DNA from: a virus
Lineage: Duplodnaviria > Caudoviricetes
Length of the DNA stretch: 45,397 nt
Reading direction: 5' to 3' (one strand)
IMG/VR virus record: IMGVR_UViG_3300032024_000088
Location: 1-45,397 of that record
Below are positions 28,342 through 37,345 of the stretch, one piece after another. A program made the translations under genes and the position numbers. The first letter of the stretch is position 1. Every line of letters begins with the position of its first letter. The notes under the pieces were generated by a model. That model was not told where the DNA came from. It did not search any database and saw only the letters and a list, made by a program, of their open reading frames with translations.

Positions 28342-29848
28342 TTACACTCTCCAGAAGGCGTTGAAAATCTTGATACGTGGTTACATCTTGCAGTCCATCT
28401 GGATTACTTTTGTTTGCCTCCCCCCAGTTCCAGCCCATTTTGAAGTCACTGGAAATTCTGAATGTGCGGCCAGAGTAAGATAGTTCCGGGGAAGTGTAAG
28501 TGGTGATTGTTTGCAGGAGGTTGTTGAATTTCTCCTCTGTGTCGATGGAAGTTATTGGAACTTGCATGAGGATGCTGTCATGGACTTGCGCAAGAATATC
28601 AAGATTGTAGCCATCCTTCCCGGTGAGGGCGTCATCAGCGTAGATATATACCATCCCTTGATTCAAGGAATCTACGACGGTAGACTGTGGCATGGAAGCG
28701 TATGCTTCCTTCCAAAGGGAATCACCCCAAGCATCCATGAAGCGAATACGCCTACCCATGCAGTTTACAAGGGTACGATCTTTCTGTAACTGTCGCTTTA
28801 CATTATCATACCAGAGACGAATACCGGGGTAGATTTTGTGATACAGCGCAACGATTCGTTTACCCTCCGACACCAGCATCTCATTGATGAGGGAGAAGTT
28901 TGTGAACCCTTCATCGTAGTTCAGGCCGTGGTTGGATTTCTTTCCACACTGCCGTGCCGACATGTTCCTGGGGAGGCCAGTGAATCGACGGAGTATGTCA
29001 TCAGCATCCCGGATTTCTTTAATCTTATCCGGATCAGATGCGTGGCCGACTAGTTCCTTTTCATAAACAATAACTTCTTCCGGCACATTGAACATAAGGT
29101 GGGCTGTGTGAACGTGTACGTCTTTGCCCTGTTCAATAGCATCAATCATGTTAGCATCGCCACTGATGTAGGCAACCACTACCCACTCCGCCTGTCGCTT
29201 GTCCACGTCAAGGAATACGTAACCAGGATCAGGGACGAGGAATTGTTTGAACTCTTGCGGCAGGTTCTGCATGTTAGCGCCAGTACCGAAAACAGTCTTA
29301 CTGGAGGACAGTCGGCCGAACTTGGTGCCGCGAGGATTGAAGGAAGCACGAAGACGATTGTCTTCGTCGAACTCAATTGTTAAGTAGGTGCCGTAGAGTT
29401 TCTCAAGGCTTCGTACTTCCTGCACCAGCTTAGCTTCATACATGCCAGGACGTGCGGCGGTGCCTCGTGCAATTCTCTGCAAAGCCATGTCGTCCACAGT
29501 AATACCACCCCCCTTACTCTTATACGGAGTGATATTGTTTTCAACGTAAAAGTATTTCTGACAGTCCTTGGGACTGTTGACATTTAAGGAACGGCCACAA
29601 AGGGCATCCAGTTGGGATTGTTTCTCGGACTTTTCCTTGAGGATGTATTCCCTTGTTTTCCCCAACCTTTCTTGGTCAACTCGAATCCCTCGTGTTTGCA
29701 TGAACATAAGAACAGGGAACAGCCGAGTGGTCATCTGATAGGTCTGGGTATATTTTTCTTTTTCCAACATGTCCCAGATTGCCTGCTGTATCTCAAGGGT
29801 ACAGGCAGCGTCAAGGGCATTGTATTCAAGAAACTTCGCACTATGCAC
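28325..29848 (-). CDS. polA: Family A DNA polymerase, ExoIII + polymerase part
   Basis: YNALDA (ExoIII), FGRLSSS, NMQN, motif A DKRQAE, motif B RQCGKKSNHGLNY, motif C QVHDS; own AAGGAG RBS and GTG start. Confidence 0.92.
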   Translation of the reverse strand: MHSAKFLEYNALDAACTLEIQQAIWDMLEKEKYTQTYQMTTRLFPVLMFMQTRGIRVDQERLGKTREYILKEKSEKQSQLDALCGRSLNVNSPKDCQKYFYVENNITPYKSKGGGITVDDMALQRIARGTAARPGMYEAKLVQEVRSLEKLYGTYLTIEFDEDNRLRASFNPRGTKFGRLSSSKTVFGTGANMQNLPQEFKQFLVPDPGYVFLDVDKRQAEWVVVAYISGDANMIDAIEQGKDVHVHTAHLMFNVPEEVIVYEKELVGHASDPDKIKEIRDADDILRRFTGLPRNMSARQCGKKSNHGLNYDEGFTNFSLINEMLVSEGKRIVALYHKIYPGIRLWYDNVKRQLQKDRTLVNCMGRRIRFMDAWGDSLWKEAYASMPQSTVVDSLNQGMVYIYADDALTGKDGYNLDILAQVHDSILMQVPITSIDTEEKFNNLLQTITTYTSPELSYSGRTFRISSDFKMGWNWGEANKSNPDGLQDVTTYQDFQRLLESVNEGTQ

Positions 29849-29849
29849 G

Positions 29850-30047
29850 TTAGTCTCCTTGGCAAGTTGAACAGGCGGGCACGGATGCTAACATATCTGT
29901 GAAGGATGCAAAGGGGCCGGTGTAGGCCTCGTCTTTGATACCCTTTATTCGGTAAGGCTCTACAGCAGGCAACAAACAGTAGTACCATCCATCACTTCTC
30001 CTGGTGGCACATATCCCTTTGAGAGGGACAATAATAGAGTTGGTCAT
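29850..30047 (-). CDS. 65-aa hypothetical protein inserted between the two polA halves
   Basis: AAGGAG RBS; TAATG coupling; C-terminal CSTC. Confidence 0.5.
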   Translation of the reverse strand: MTNSIIVPLKGICATRRSDGWYYCLLPAVEPYRIKGIKDEAYTGPFASFTDMLASVPACSTCQGD

Positions 30048-31084
30048 TATGAATCTCCTTTGATGTTGTCAAACTTAATCATGTCCTTCCAGAATGGTTG
30101 GGTACCTAGGTAGAGACTGCCAAGAAAACCAAGCCCCTTCCGCAATTCTGGATACATAACGGAGTGGGCAATCATGGTGTCATAGATGGGGCCTCTCACT
30201 ACAATGCCGCACCTTGTTAGAAGGAACTGAATGTCGAAGATGAGATTCTGTCCTACCTTGATGATCTTTTCATTTCCCAAGATTCGTTGGACACCTCGGT
30301 AGATTATTGCTTCCTCCTCTACCGACCATCGTTCATCAATGGGGATAGAGCAAGACAAATTGGGAGAACTACTGAACGAAATGGATGCCAGTTCGTAATG
30401 AGTTACTTCAATGTCAAAGGAAACAAGGGGTTCCCCCGTGAAGTAATCCAACCAGTCCATTACCTCACTGAGAGAGTTGAATGTGTAGGCAAGCTTTCGT
30501 TCAGGCAGGACAAGGTTATGGGTGCTGGATTCGATCTTGGCTTTTTGAAGGTCTGCGGAGATCAAGTATCGGCCAAGGTAATTACCCCTTATGGTATCAC
30601 CCGGAGGCAAAGTGGGGATTACCTTACGACAACTTGTTATGTTATCCACTGGAGGGAACACATACCCACGGTAGGTAGCTACACTAGACACACCGCAGAT
30701 TACCTGAGATGCCATAGCACCACAAGCTACTATGATGTTGCAATCCAGGGAGTTTATTTCCTCATAGAAGGCGTCAAGGTGGGGTTGTGCGGCGGGTGTG
30801 AACTTGTGTTTCTTGTCATTGTAGTACACCCCTGGACTGTCCGCGACAATCTTAAACACATTGGTCAGGTAGATGTCACTCTTGATGAAGCCAGCACTAT
30901 GAAAACATTGTTCTAGGACAGACCCAGCGGGGCCATTGAAAGGAGCCATTGTGCGCAAGTCAAAACGAGATGGGAATCCCCCTACGATTGCCACCTTTGC
31001 CTGTGGAGAGCCAGTGGATTTGATTAACTTACTTGGTGCGGTGGGAAGAAACATTATGTTACTCCTCGCTAGCTTGTTCTTCAA
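30047..31084 (-). CDS. UDG-family-4-like domain fused to ExoI/ExoII of the PolA 3'-5' exonuclease
   Basis: G...AKVAIVG, PFNGPAG, IYLTNVFK (UDG fold); SFDIEV, GQNLIFD, YDTMIAH (DnaQ-like exonuclease). Confidence 0.85.
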   Translation of the reverse strand: MKNKLARSNIMFLPTAPSKLIKSTGSPQAKVAIVGGFPSRFDLRTMAPFNGPAGSVLEQCFHSAGFIKSDIYLTNVFKIVADSPGVYYNDKKHKFTPAAQPHLDAFYEEINSLDCNIIVACGAMASQVICGVSSVATYRGYVFPPVDNITSCRKVIPTLPPGDTIRGNYLGRYLISADLQKAKIESSTHNLVLPERKLAYTFNSLSEVMDWLDYFTGEPLVSFDIEVTHYELASISFSSSPNLSCSIPIDERWSVEEEAIIYRGVQRILGNEKIIKVGQNLIFDIQFLLTRCGIVVRGPIYDTMIAHSVMYPELRKGLGFLGSLYLGTQPFWKDMIKFDNIKGDS

Positions 31085-32390
31085 TAACCTTTTGGAAATC
31101 CTTTTCTACCTCAAGCAAGAATCTATTCTTGTACTCGTCGTTGGAGTCAAAGCCAAGTGCCTTGAAACCAAGGGAGTATGCGCTGCGCAAGGTTGCTCCA
31201 CTGCCAAGAAAGGGGACAAGGATTGTCTCATTGCCAAACAAAAAGATGTCAAGGATACGATTGAGAAGCCATGCTGGGCGCTGAGTGGGGTGATACTTAT
31301 CTGCTGGCGGTACGTTCGGGCCGCTAAAGACATTCAATGCAGCAGGCTTGTGAAGGATAGCTTCGCCCTTTCGACAGACAAAAAAGGATTCATACCCACG
31401 GGCAAGGTTAACATTTGGCTGGAGGCACTGACCACCGGGCTTAGTCCACACGGCAGGAATGTCATCCACCTTCCACCCGGCATCCTCAAGGGATTTCTTT
31501 GTTTCCGTGTACCAGGTGTGACCATGCCAGAAAACCATCCAAGCATCTTTGTATGTTACACGGAAGAGCTCCTTGGTCAACTTGTCCAGGAAGGGAATGT
31601 AGTCCTCGCGGGGGATTTCGTTGTAAGAAGAGACCTGACTCCCCTTGTCATCCTTCTGATCAGCCTTCACATTGCGGAGGTCGATGCCGTAAGGAGGATC
31701 ACACTCAACGAAGTGAATCTTCCCACCTGTTCGTAGTCCTGCAAGACCCTCGAATATGTCACTGATGATGTAGTTAGCCTCCGCCATGTGAAGGGCATTT
31801 GCAAGGCCGTTGTTGGCGCTACTACTGGACTTCTCCACTCGAGTGACTTGATGTTTCCGTAGAGCGTCGGTGATTTTATCTTCCTCATATTTCTTCAACA
31901 TACGAAAGGCATCCTGCATTCCTTCACAATCTTCCAGGCCAGGAATTAGTTTCATTCCCTTTGCCAACTGAATGTACCGAGACATGGTAGCGATGGATTC
32001 TTCCAAAAGGAAGGATGCCTTGCGAATGTTCCAGGTGGAGTCCTTCTCCCGGTATAGTTGATCGACTTCATATATCAGTTTGGATTTCTCCTGCCAAGTG
32101 AAGTCCTTCCTGTGAGCGTTTTCAATTAGCTCAACTTCCCGAAGGTCAATCATGCCACAGTTTTCACGAATCAGGGCAGGGATTTCCTTCAACCCCAGCT
32201 GAGTTGCAGCATGGAACCTTCGGCCACCAGCTTGCAGGTTGTAGTCACTGTCCAAAGTAATGGGCTGGAGGATTCCTTTCTCTTCAATGGAGTGGATAAG
32301 TTCATCAATATTACCCATATCCACACGGAAACGAGTACCAACTTTTATGTCCTTCAGGGGGACGAATTTTAACTTTGCTGAGCGCGCCAT
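31059..32390 (-). CDS. ParB-N/HTH fused to N6/N4 DNA methyltransferase (beta-class motif order)
   Basis: SIEEKGILQPI, AGGRRFHA, ELIENAHR (ParB); HTH WNIRKASFLLEESIATMSRYI; DPPY, HPTQRP, PFLGSG (MTase). Confidence 0.88.
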   Translation of the reverse strand: MARSAKLKFVPLKDIKVGTRFRVDMGNIDELIHSIEEKGILQPITLDSDYNLQAGGRRFHAATQLGLKEIPALIRENCGMIDLREVELIENAHRKDFTWQEKSKLIYEVDQLYREKDSTWNIRKASFLLEESIATMSRYIQLAKGMKLIPGLEDCEGMQDAFRMLKKYEEDKITDALRKHQVTRVEKSSSSANNGLANALHMAEANYIISDIFEGLAGLRTGGKIHFVECDPPYGIDLRNVKADQKDDKGSQVSSYNEIPREDYIPFLDKLTKELFRVTYKDAWMVFWHGHTWYTETKKSLEDAGWKVDDIPAVWTKPGGQCLQPNVNLARGYESFFVCRKGEAILHKPAALNVFSGPNVPPADKYHPTQRPAWLLNRILDIFLFGNETILVPFLGSGATLRSAYSLGFKALGFDSNDEYKNRFLLEVEKDFQKVIEEQASEE

Positions 32391-32401
32391 TGTTGTTTCC
32401 C

Positions 32402-32626
32402 TTATAGTTCGGAGAGGAGTTTTTCGAGTTCTTCCGGCGTCAGGTCAGCGAGGAGGGCTTCCACCTTGCTAACACGGGCTTGTCCACCTTTCTGTGCAAC
32501 CCGTTTATTTCTGTTCACAGTAGCAGGTTTAACTACCTCCCGGCGACGACGAATGTTACGGAGGCGTTGGATAAGTTCATCCTCGGTGAGTCCGTCAATG
32601 GGTTCGATTAGATCGTCTAAGTTCAT
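32402..32626 (-). CDS. Small helical hypothetical protein
   Basis: GGAG RBS; ends LLADLTPEELEKLLSEL. Confidence 0.65.
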   Translation of the reverse strand: MNLDDLIEPIDGLTEDELIQRLRNIRRRREVVKPATVNRNKRVAQKGGQARVSKVEALLADLTPEELEKLLSEL

Positions 32627-32642
32627 ATGATGCTCCAGGAAA

Positions 32643-32672
32643 TTGACCCCGGCAGTTACCCACCGGGGTCAA
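32643..32672. terminator. GC-rich hairpin after the SSB-like gene
   Basis: TTGACCCCGG-N10-CCGGGGTCAA perfect 10-bp stem; only a weak U-tract. Confidence 0.5.
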
Positions 32673-32684
32673 CAAGTGAATCAA

Positions 32685-33140
32685 TTACTTCCGACGACGG
32701 GGAGCCTTAACCTTGGACTCCGTGGTCAGCTTGGGAAGGCGGAGACGATTGTAGATGTTACCCGAGTCATCCACGTCACTCACGGTGAGTTCACACTTGG
32801 CTTCTGCCCCCAGAGATTGGACGGCCAATTGCTCCAGGTCGATACCATCTTCCCCGACTTGGAGGGAGAACGCTTGCAGGAAGCGCTTCAAGTTCAGGAG
32901 CTTCATCTGCACAGTGCCCGGTTCATCGTCCTCGTTGGGGAAGGTGATGAAGTGAGACACCATCGGAGCGTTATCGGCATCCAAGATGTTGATGCCAACT
33001 CGCAGCATCGGGCTGCCGGGGTGTTTGCTGTTCGGGCCAGTGGCACGTACTTCACTGTCATCAATCCGGAGGTTGTAAAACCCCGGCTGTACGGGCTTGG
33101 CTTCTTCTACATCGTTGAGGTTGAGAGCAAGAAAGGTCAT
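32685..33140 (-). CDS. DUF669-like phage single-stranded DNA-binding protein
   Basis: PVQPGFYNLRI...GSPML OB-fold pattern; follows AAA ATPase and nuclease. Confidence 0.65.
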   Translation of the reverse strand: MTFLALNLNDVEEAKPVQPGFYNLRIDDSEVRATGPNSKHPGSPMLRVGINILDADNAPMVSHFITFPNEDDEPGTVQMKLLNLKRFLQAFSLQVGEDGIDLEQLAVQSLGAEAKCELTVSDVDDSGNIYNRLRLPKLTTESKVKAPRRRK

Positions 33141-33214
33141 ACGTTTACTCCATAAAAGGGACTTTCGTCCAAAGCCGGTTTCCCGGAGTTAGTGGGTTAC
33201 CCCACGAAAGGGAA

Positions 33215-33231
33215 AGTTTCACGATGAAACA
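33215..33231. promoter_or_regulatory. parS-like palindrome AGTTTCA-CGA-TGAAACA
   Basis: Intergenic member of the repeat family. Confidence 0.65.
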
Positions 33232-33247
33232 ATCCCTTATTCTTGTG

Positions 33248-33505
33248 TCAGAAAGGTATGTCACATTCAGTTGGTAGAGTGTCTTCCCAAGGTATCCCCC
33301 ATATACGAGACTTCCCCCTTTCCATTAACCATGTTTTACTTTCTTCCCGGAGTGTGTCAGATATTCTAATACACTCATAGCGAGCCATATGAAGAGCCCA
33401 CAAAAGATCTTCATCACTCATGAAAGTGGGTTGCATTTCCCTTGCCTTTGTTAAATCAAGGGCAATGAGAACTGCATCACGTTCGGCAACCCATTCTTCA
33501 ACCAT
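33248..33505 (-). CDS. Hypothetical protein
   Basis: AAGGA RBS; in operon; ends DIPF. Confidence 0.6.
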   Translation of the reverse strand: MVEEWVAERDAVLIALDLTKAREMQPTFMSDEDLLWALHMARYECIRISDTLREESKTWLMERGKSRIWGIPWEDTLPTECDIPF

Positions 33506-33517
33506 GTTCGTTCTTCC

Positions 33518-33658
33518 TTACCGAAAGTTAATCGGAGTGCCTTTTCTTGTAGGAATTTTCCCCTTACCATCATGGGTTTTCCCACACCTGAGGCATACAG
33601 TTTTGAAAATTAAGTCATACCACTTGTGCCAACCAAAGTAACAACGGAGGGGCTTCAC
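33518..33658 (-). CDS. 46-aa Cys/His microprotein, DUF1660-like (not in ORF track)
   Basis: GTG overlaps the upstream TGA; CYFGWHKW...CLRCGK. Confidence 0.55.
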   Translation of the reverse strand: MKPLRCYFGWHKWYDLIFKTVCLRCGKTHDGKGKIPTRKGTPINFR

Positions 33659-34452
33659 TTGGAGTTCTCCCGTTCCCACTTCAGGATACCACCAAGCCCT
33701 TGGTCAGACAACGATTTGCTGAAGTCCAATGTCACATCTTCATATGGATCAAGCCCCTTGAAGGAAGTCCGTACAGTGGTGGTCATCTTGTCAGGGACAG
33801 TTTGAAGTTTGTATGACATACCATCCTTGGTGTTCTCGCACTCCGTGAGGAATATATCGGAGAAGAGTAAGGGGATTTTGGTACTCAACCGACCAGTCAT
33901 CATGGGCTTGCGGAACACACGCTGGGTTAGTTGATCTTGTTTCATCTCCAGGTGACCGGTCATGAAGATGGTCTTGCCCAATCCAAGGAGCCCTCGGCAG
34001 ACATTGGTGAAGGTAATCATTTGCGGGCCGTAGTCGTCTTGGTTCGGCCACGCTCCTGGACGCCCATTGATTGCAAGAATGCGATCCATAATCAGGTCAA
34101 GGAAAGTTGTGGCAGAATCCATACCGATCACATCGAAGTCGTCGAAGAAACCATCCTTCAATCGTTCATCGAAGTCCTCTTCCCACCGCTTGTACACATC
34201 GGTAGTGGATGATTTAGTCAGCCCGTCGCCCTTACCCTTTGCCAGTGAACGCACGCTTAGGTTCAAGTCCTCTGGCAGGAATGATTCATACTCCACGTCA
34301 TGACCACGAAGGGAAAGGATTGCATTAGGATCGAATAGGTAGGCAAACTTCTTCCCCGGCAGCGTCAGGAATTGCGTGGTCTTCCCGCTGCCAGTGTCAC
34401 CCAGGAGGAGGAATGCATGATTACTTGTTGTTGCATCTTTAGCATTGGCCAT
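33655..34452 (-). CDS. AAA_24/Sak4-like ATPase (recombination/annealing)
   Basis: GDTGSGKT, VIGMDSAT, IFMTGH; clustered with nuclease and SSB. Confidence 0.8.
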   Translation of the reverse strand: MANAKDATTSNHAFLLLGDTGSGKTTQFLTLPGKKFAYLFDPNAILSLRGHDVEYESFLPEDLNLSVRSLAKGKGDGLTKSSTTDVYKRWEEDFDERLKDGFFDDFDVIGMDSATTFLDLIMDRILAINGRPGAWPNQDDYGPQMITFTNVCRGLLGLGKTIFMTGHLEMKQDQLTQRVFRKPMMTGRLSTKIPLLFSDIFLTECENTKDGMSYKLQTVPDKMTTTVRTSFKGLDPYEDVTLDFSKSLSDQGLGGILKWERENSK

Positions 34453-35407
34453 CTTCGGTCTCCAGTAGTTTGTTCAGTCCAAGAATTGAGAAGGGTTCCC
34501 ATGCTTCTTTGATGAACCCCGGCGGAGGCTCGGTCAGTTTACTTGGATCAGCACATGTGCGGCAGATGTCAAGGAAGGGGCAGCTGCCGAACTTACCATA
34601 ACAACTATCCTCGTTGCGTTTAAAGATACCACCAGTGAGTTCTCCAGACTTGACGAACTCCTCTTTGTCTTTCTTAATGTCCTGAATCCACCGAGTTGTG
34701 TCAATGAGCCATTCTTGCAGGAGCACTGAGGAATGGTTGATGGGGATTAGTTTGAATGCATCATGAATCTTTTTGTGTACCAATGACGCGTCTACCCATA
34801 CTTGTGGCGCAGTTTTGTCTGGATAGTACAGGCTACCTGCGAACTGGTAACCCTTGACTTGACTGCTGGAGTACCAGCTGTCCACGTAATCATTGCGGAA
34901 GTTACCAATGGTGGCATAGGCCGTGGTGGTCTTGTGCTCGAGGATGATTGTGTTGCCTTGGTAGTGGACGGTTTTATCCAGCCGACCAATGTACCAGGTG
35001 TCTTGCAAAGTGGGCATGGGGACAGCCACGGGCTGCTCACAACTGATGAGGTCACATTCATTCAGCAGTCTACCACGAGCACGAATGTAGTTGTCCAACA
35101 TCTCCTTCGCCACCGTTGGAGTGCGCGGAAGGTATTCAGCATTTTGAGAAAGGCTCGGCACAGGATTCATACCGTTCTTCTCCCACTCACCCAGGAAGGC
35201 GGTGTAGCCAAGTTCCACTACATCCCGATGCTGTTCATCCTTGTGTGTATATACAGCATCCATTGCCTCATGCCAAGACAGGCCGAACACGAGGGGAATT
35301 GCAGTGCCTGTACCACGCCACTCCATTACATGACGGATGAAGTAAGAACGAGGGCAAGATTTGTATGCACTTACTTGGGTGTTATCGTAGCATTGCTGGG
35401 GGTTCAT
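34439..35407 (-). CDS. PD-(D/E)xK Cas4/RecB-like exonuclease with 4-Cys cluster
   Basis: CPRSY, GLSWH, GRLDK..EHKT, QVKGY, C...CPFLDIC. Confidence 0.85.
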   Translation of the reverse strand: MNPQQCYDNTQVSAYKSCPRSYFIRHVMEWRGTGTAIPLVFGLSWHEAMDAVYTHKDEQHRDVVELGYTAFLGEWEKNGMNPVPSLSQNAEYLPRTPTVAKEMLDNYIRARGRLLNECDLISCEQPVAVPMPTLQDTWYIGRLDKTVHYQGNTIILEHKTTTAYATIGNFRNDYVDSWYSSSQVKGYQFAGSLYYPDKTAPQVWVDASLVHKKIHDAFKLIPINHSSVLLQEWLIDTTRWIQDIKKDKEEFVKSGELTGGIFKRNEDSCYGKFGSCPFLDICRTCADPSKLTEPPPGFIKEAWEPFSILGLNKLLETEDGQC

Positions 35408-35721
35408 TCTTGTTCTCCCAGTGTATCATTCGTGAGGATGAGGTCATGCTTCTTATACACTCCACCTTGATAGAGGAGATAATGCACTTCCCCAAAGCGG
35501 TCAGCAAGGATTGCAGTGGCAACGCAGCAGAGGCTGGTTAGTCCACTAATAAGGATCATGTCATCTGGTTGGGCATCTGCAAGGGCAACCTTGAGCTCAC
35601 GAAACATCTGTGATACGTCACTTCGTTTCGGCGGCGCTTCCAGGCAGAACTGCACATTACCATATCGGAGGGCATCGGAGTAGTCTTGACCCCCGTCAAT
35701 TAGAACGTATACCTTTGGCAT
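35404..35721 (-). CDS. Hypothetical protein
   Basis: AAGGA RBS; DYSDALRYG...DMILISG pattern; coupled to the nuclease. Confidence 0.65.
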   Translation of the reverse strand: MPKVYVLIDGGQDYSDALRYGNVQFCLEAPPKRSDVSQMFRELKVALADAQPDDMILISGLTSLCCVATAILADRFGEVHYLLYQGGVYKKHDLILTNDTLGEQE

Positions 35722-35793
35722 TGGAAGTCCTTGTTAATTGTAAAGTGGGGCACCCACCCAATGTAGGTGCCCCCTTCGCACTCCCCAGTGGGA

Positions 35794-36135
35794 TTATGTT
35801 GCGGCGCGAAGAGCCTTGATGCGAGCCAAGAGTTCCTTCTGCTCTTCCGGCGACAGCTTCGACAGGCTCTCTGAAACCTTGTCGAGGGTGGACTTCTTGC
35901 TGCGCGGCTTACGAGCACCGGGCACAAACTCATTGACAGCAGTCTGTGCGGTAGCTGCATCTTCAATGTTCGCCCGGATGATGTTCTGAAGGGTGATAGT
36001 GAAGCTTGCTTCAGCTGCACTGAACACGGCTTCTTCACCGAACTTCCCTACTAAACCGGCAAGGTCAGTTGGCATATCGTATTCGACGGTAACAACTTCC
36101 GGGTGTGCCTTGGTCTTTGCAGAAATCTGTGCCAT
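35794..36135 (-). CDS. Small protein with basic linker and C-terminal helix
   Basis: AGGAG RBS; ends LSKLSPEEQKELLARIKALRAAT. Confidence 0.7.
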   Translation of the reverse strand: MAQISAKTKAHPEVVTVEYDMPTDLAGLVGKFGEEAVFSAAEASFTITLQNIIRANIEDAATAQTAVNEFVPGARKPRSKKSTLDKVSESLSKLSPEEQKELLARIKALRAAT

Positions 36136-36182
36136 TTTGATGCTCCTAGGATTGTGTGCAGAATTGCACGGACGCCACGCAT

Positions 36183-36199
36183 TGTTTCATCGTGAAACA
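36183..36199. promoter_or_regulatory. parS-like palindrome TGTTTCA-TCG-TGAAACA
   Basis: Perfect arms extended by AT..AT; intergenic. Confidence 0.72.
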
Positions 36200-36299
36200 A
36201 TTACGTGGATTTGGTTCCCCGTTAGGGGGTGGGTGAATGAAATAGTTTTCGTTGTTCAACATTGCAATGATAACACCAACGGAACCGTGGCGCAACTTC

Positions 36300-37193
36300 T
36301 TACATATCCATTTTATGCCGAAAGCGGACAAACACGGGCTGACGGGGGAGGATTTTTTGTCCAAATTCCTTGGACTTGTATGTTAGAATTTGATTCTGAT
36401 ACAAGGATCGGTAGTCCCAGATGTGTTTACGCATTCCTTCGGTAAATCCTGTCCCAATGGAGAATCGCCAGCCATTCTTCAAGTCCTCCACATCAATGGA
36501 ACCAAGAGTATTCAAGGAAACCTTGCCTTCTTGATAATGTGAGCGCTCGGATAAACCAAGGGCGTTTGTAGTCTGGACATTTTGGTTCTCCCAGATCGGA
36601 TTGAATCCAGTGATGCGAGCTTCAGCCGTGGTGAAACGAACTACCTTCACCATCCAAGCCTGCCGGGCGGTGCTACGTCCGTACTTGTATGGACTATCAG
36701 GATGGCGGAGCATCACACCTTCCCGACCATCTTGAAGTTGAAGATCTTCATAGAACGCCAACTCATCCGCATCAAACAGGAGAGTTTGGGGAACTACTTG
36801 AATGAGTTCATACGGGAACAGGTTAGCGGCGGCGTGAAGGGATGCAGAACGGGCACTGAAAGGGGCATCCTTGAGGGCAAGGGAAGTGTTCTCGAAGACG
36901 TGCAGTTTCAGTGGGGCAGTGCTCCCTCTTGTCATGACAATAGAGAATGTATCCCCTGAGCCATCGGAGATTAGTTCACCCTCAAAACCATTGTAGGCAC
37001 GAGGGGCTTGCCGAGCGATTGTCTGAGCGGCCTCACTGGGGAGTAGTTTTAAGGATCGGCTGTACATCTTACCGTCCTGAATGATTCCTCGGATGCCATC
37101 CAGTTTCGGGGAGGCAAGCATGGGCCAAGGGAGTTTGGTTAGGTCACTTGGTGTTGGTGCAGCGAGCATGGGGCGGAAAATGGTAGGGTTCAT
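36300..37193 (-). CDS. lig: ATP-dependent DNA ligase (minimal type)
   Basis: PMLA, SPKLDGIR (motif I), FEGEL, EGVMLR, YKYGRS, IGTGF, PRQPVF. Confidence 0.92.
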   Translation of the reverse strand: MNPTIFRPMLAAPTPSDLTKLPWPMLASPKLDGIRGIIQDGKMYSRSLKLLPSEAAQTIARQAPRAYNGFEGELISDGSGDTFSIVMTRGSTAPLKLHVFENTSLALKDAPFSARSASLHAAANLFPYELIQVVPQTLLFDADELAFYEDLQLQDGREGVMLRHPDSPYKYGRSTARQAWMVKVVRFTTAEARITGFNPIWENQNVQTTNALGLSERSHYQEGKVSLNTLGSIDVEDLKNGWRFSIGTGFTEGMRKHIWDYRSLYQNQILTYKSKEFGQKILPRQPVFVRFRHKMDM

Positions 37194-37345
37194 TGTCCTT
37201 CCTTGTGTATGTCTGAAAGGTAGAAGAGAATGTACAATCCTCCGCAGGTTAGGAATATCCCCAACCAGACAGAAGGAGTGAGAATGAAGACTGTACCAGC
37301 GGATGTGAGGGATAGACCAAGGAGGAAAAGGAGGTAGTTACGCAT
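37190..37345 (-). CDS. Small two-TM membrane protein
   Basis: GGAG RBS; MRNYLLFLLGLSL...WLGIFLTCGGLYILFY. Confidence 0.55.
   Translation of the reverse strand: MRNYLLFLLGLSLTSAGTVFILTPSVWLGIFLTCGGLYILFYLSDIHKEGQ

Noticed and set aside
29849-30060. T4 gene 60-style ribosomal bypass or intron in polA
   Set aside because: The matching GGA codon downstream is followed by GAC TAA and is out of frame with the polymerase; both parts have their own RBS; no intron core is visible. Kept only as a minor alternative.
33155-33206. Hammerhead ribozyme (GGAC-GAAA)
   Set aside because: The CUGANGA core is absent.
36146-36364. 72-aa and 109-aa (42353-42682) minus-strand ORFs
   Set aside because: They run through palindromes and repeat tracts and have low-complexity translations; more likely non-coding control regions.
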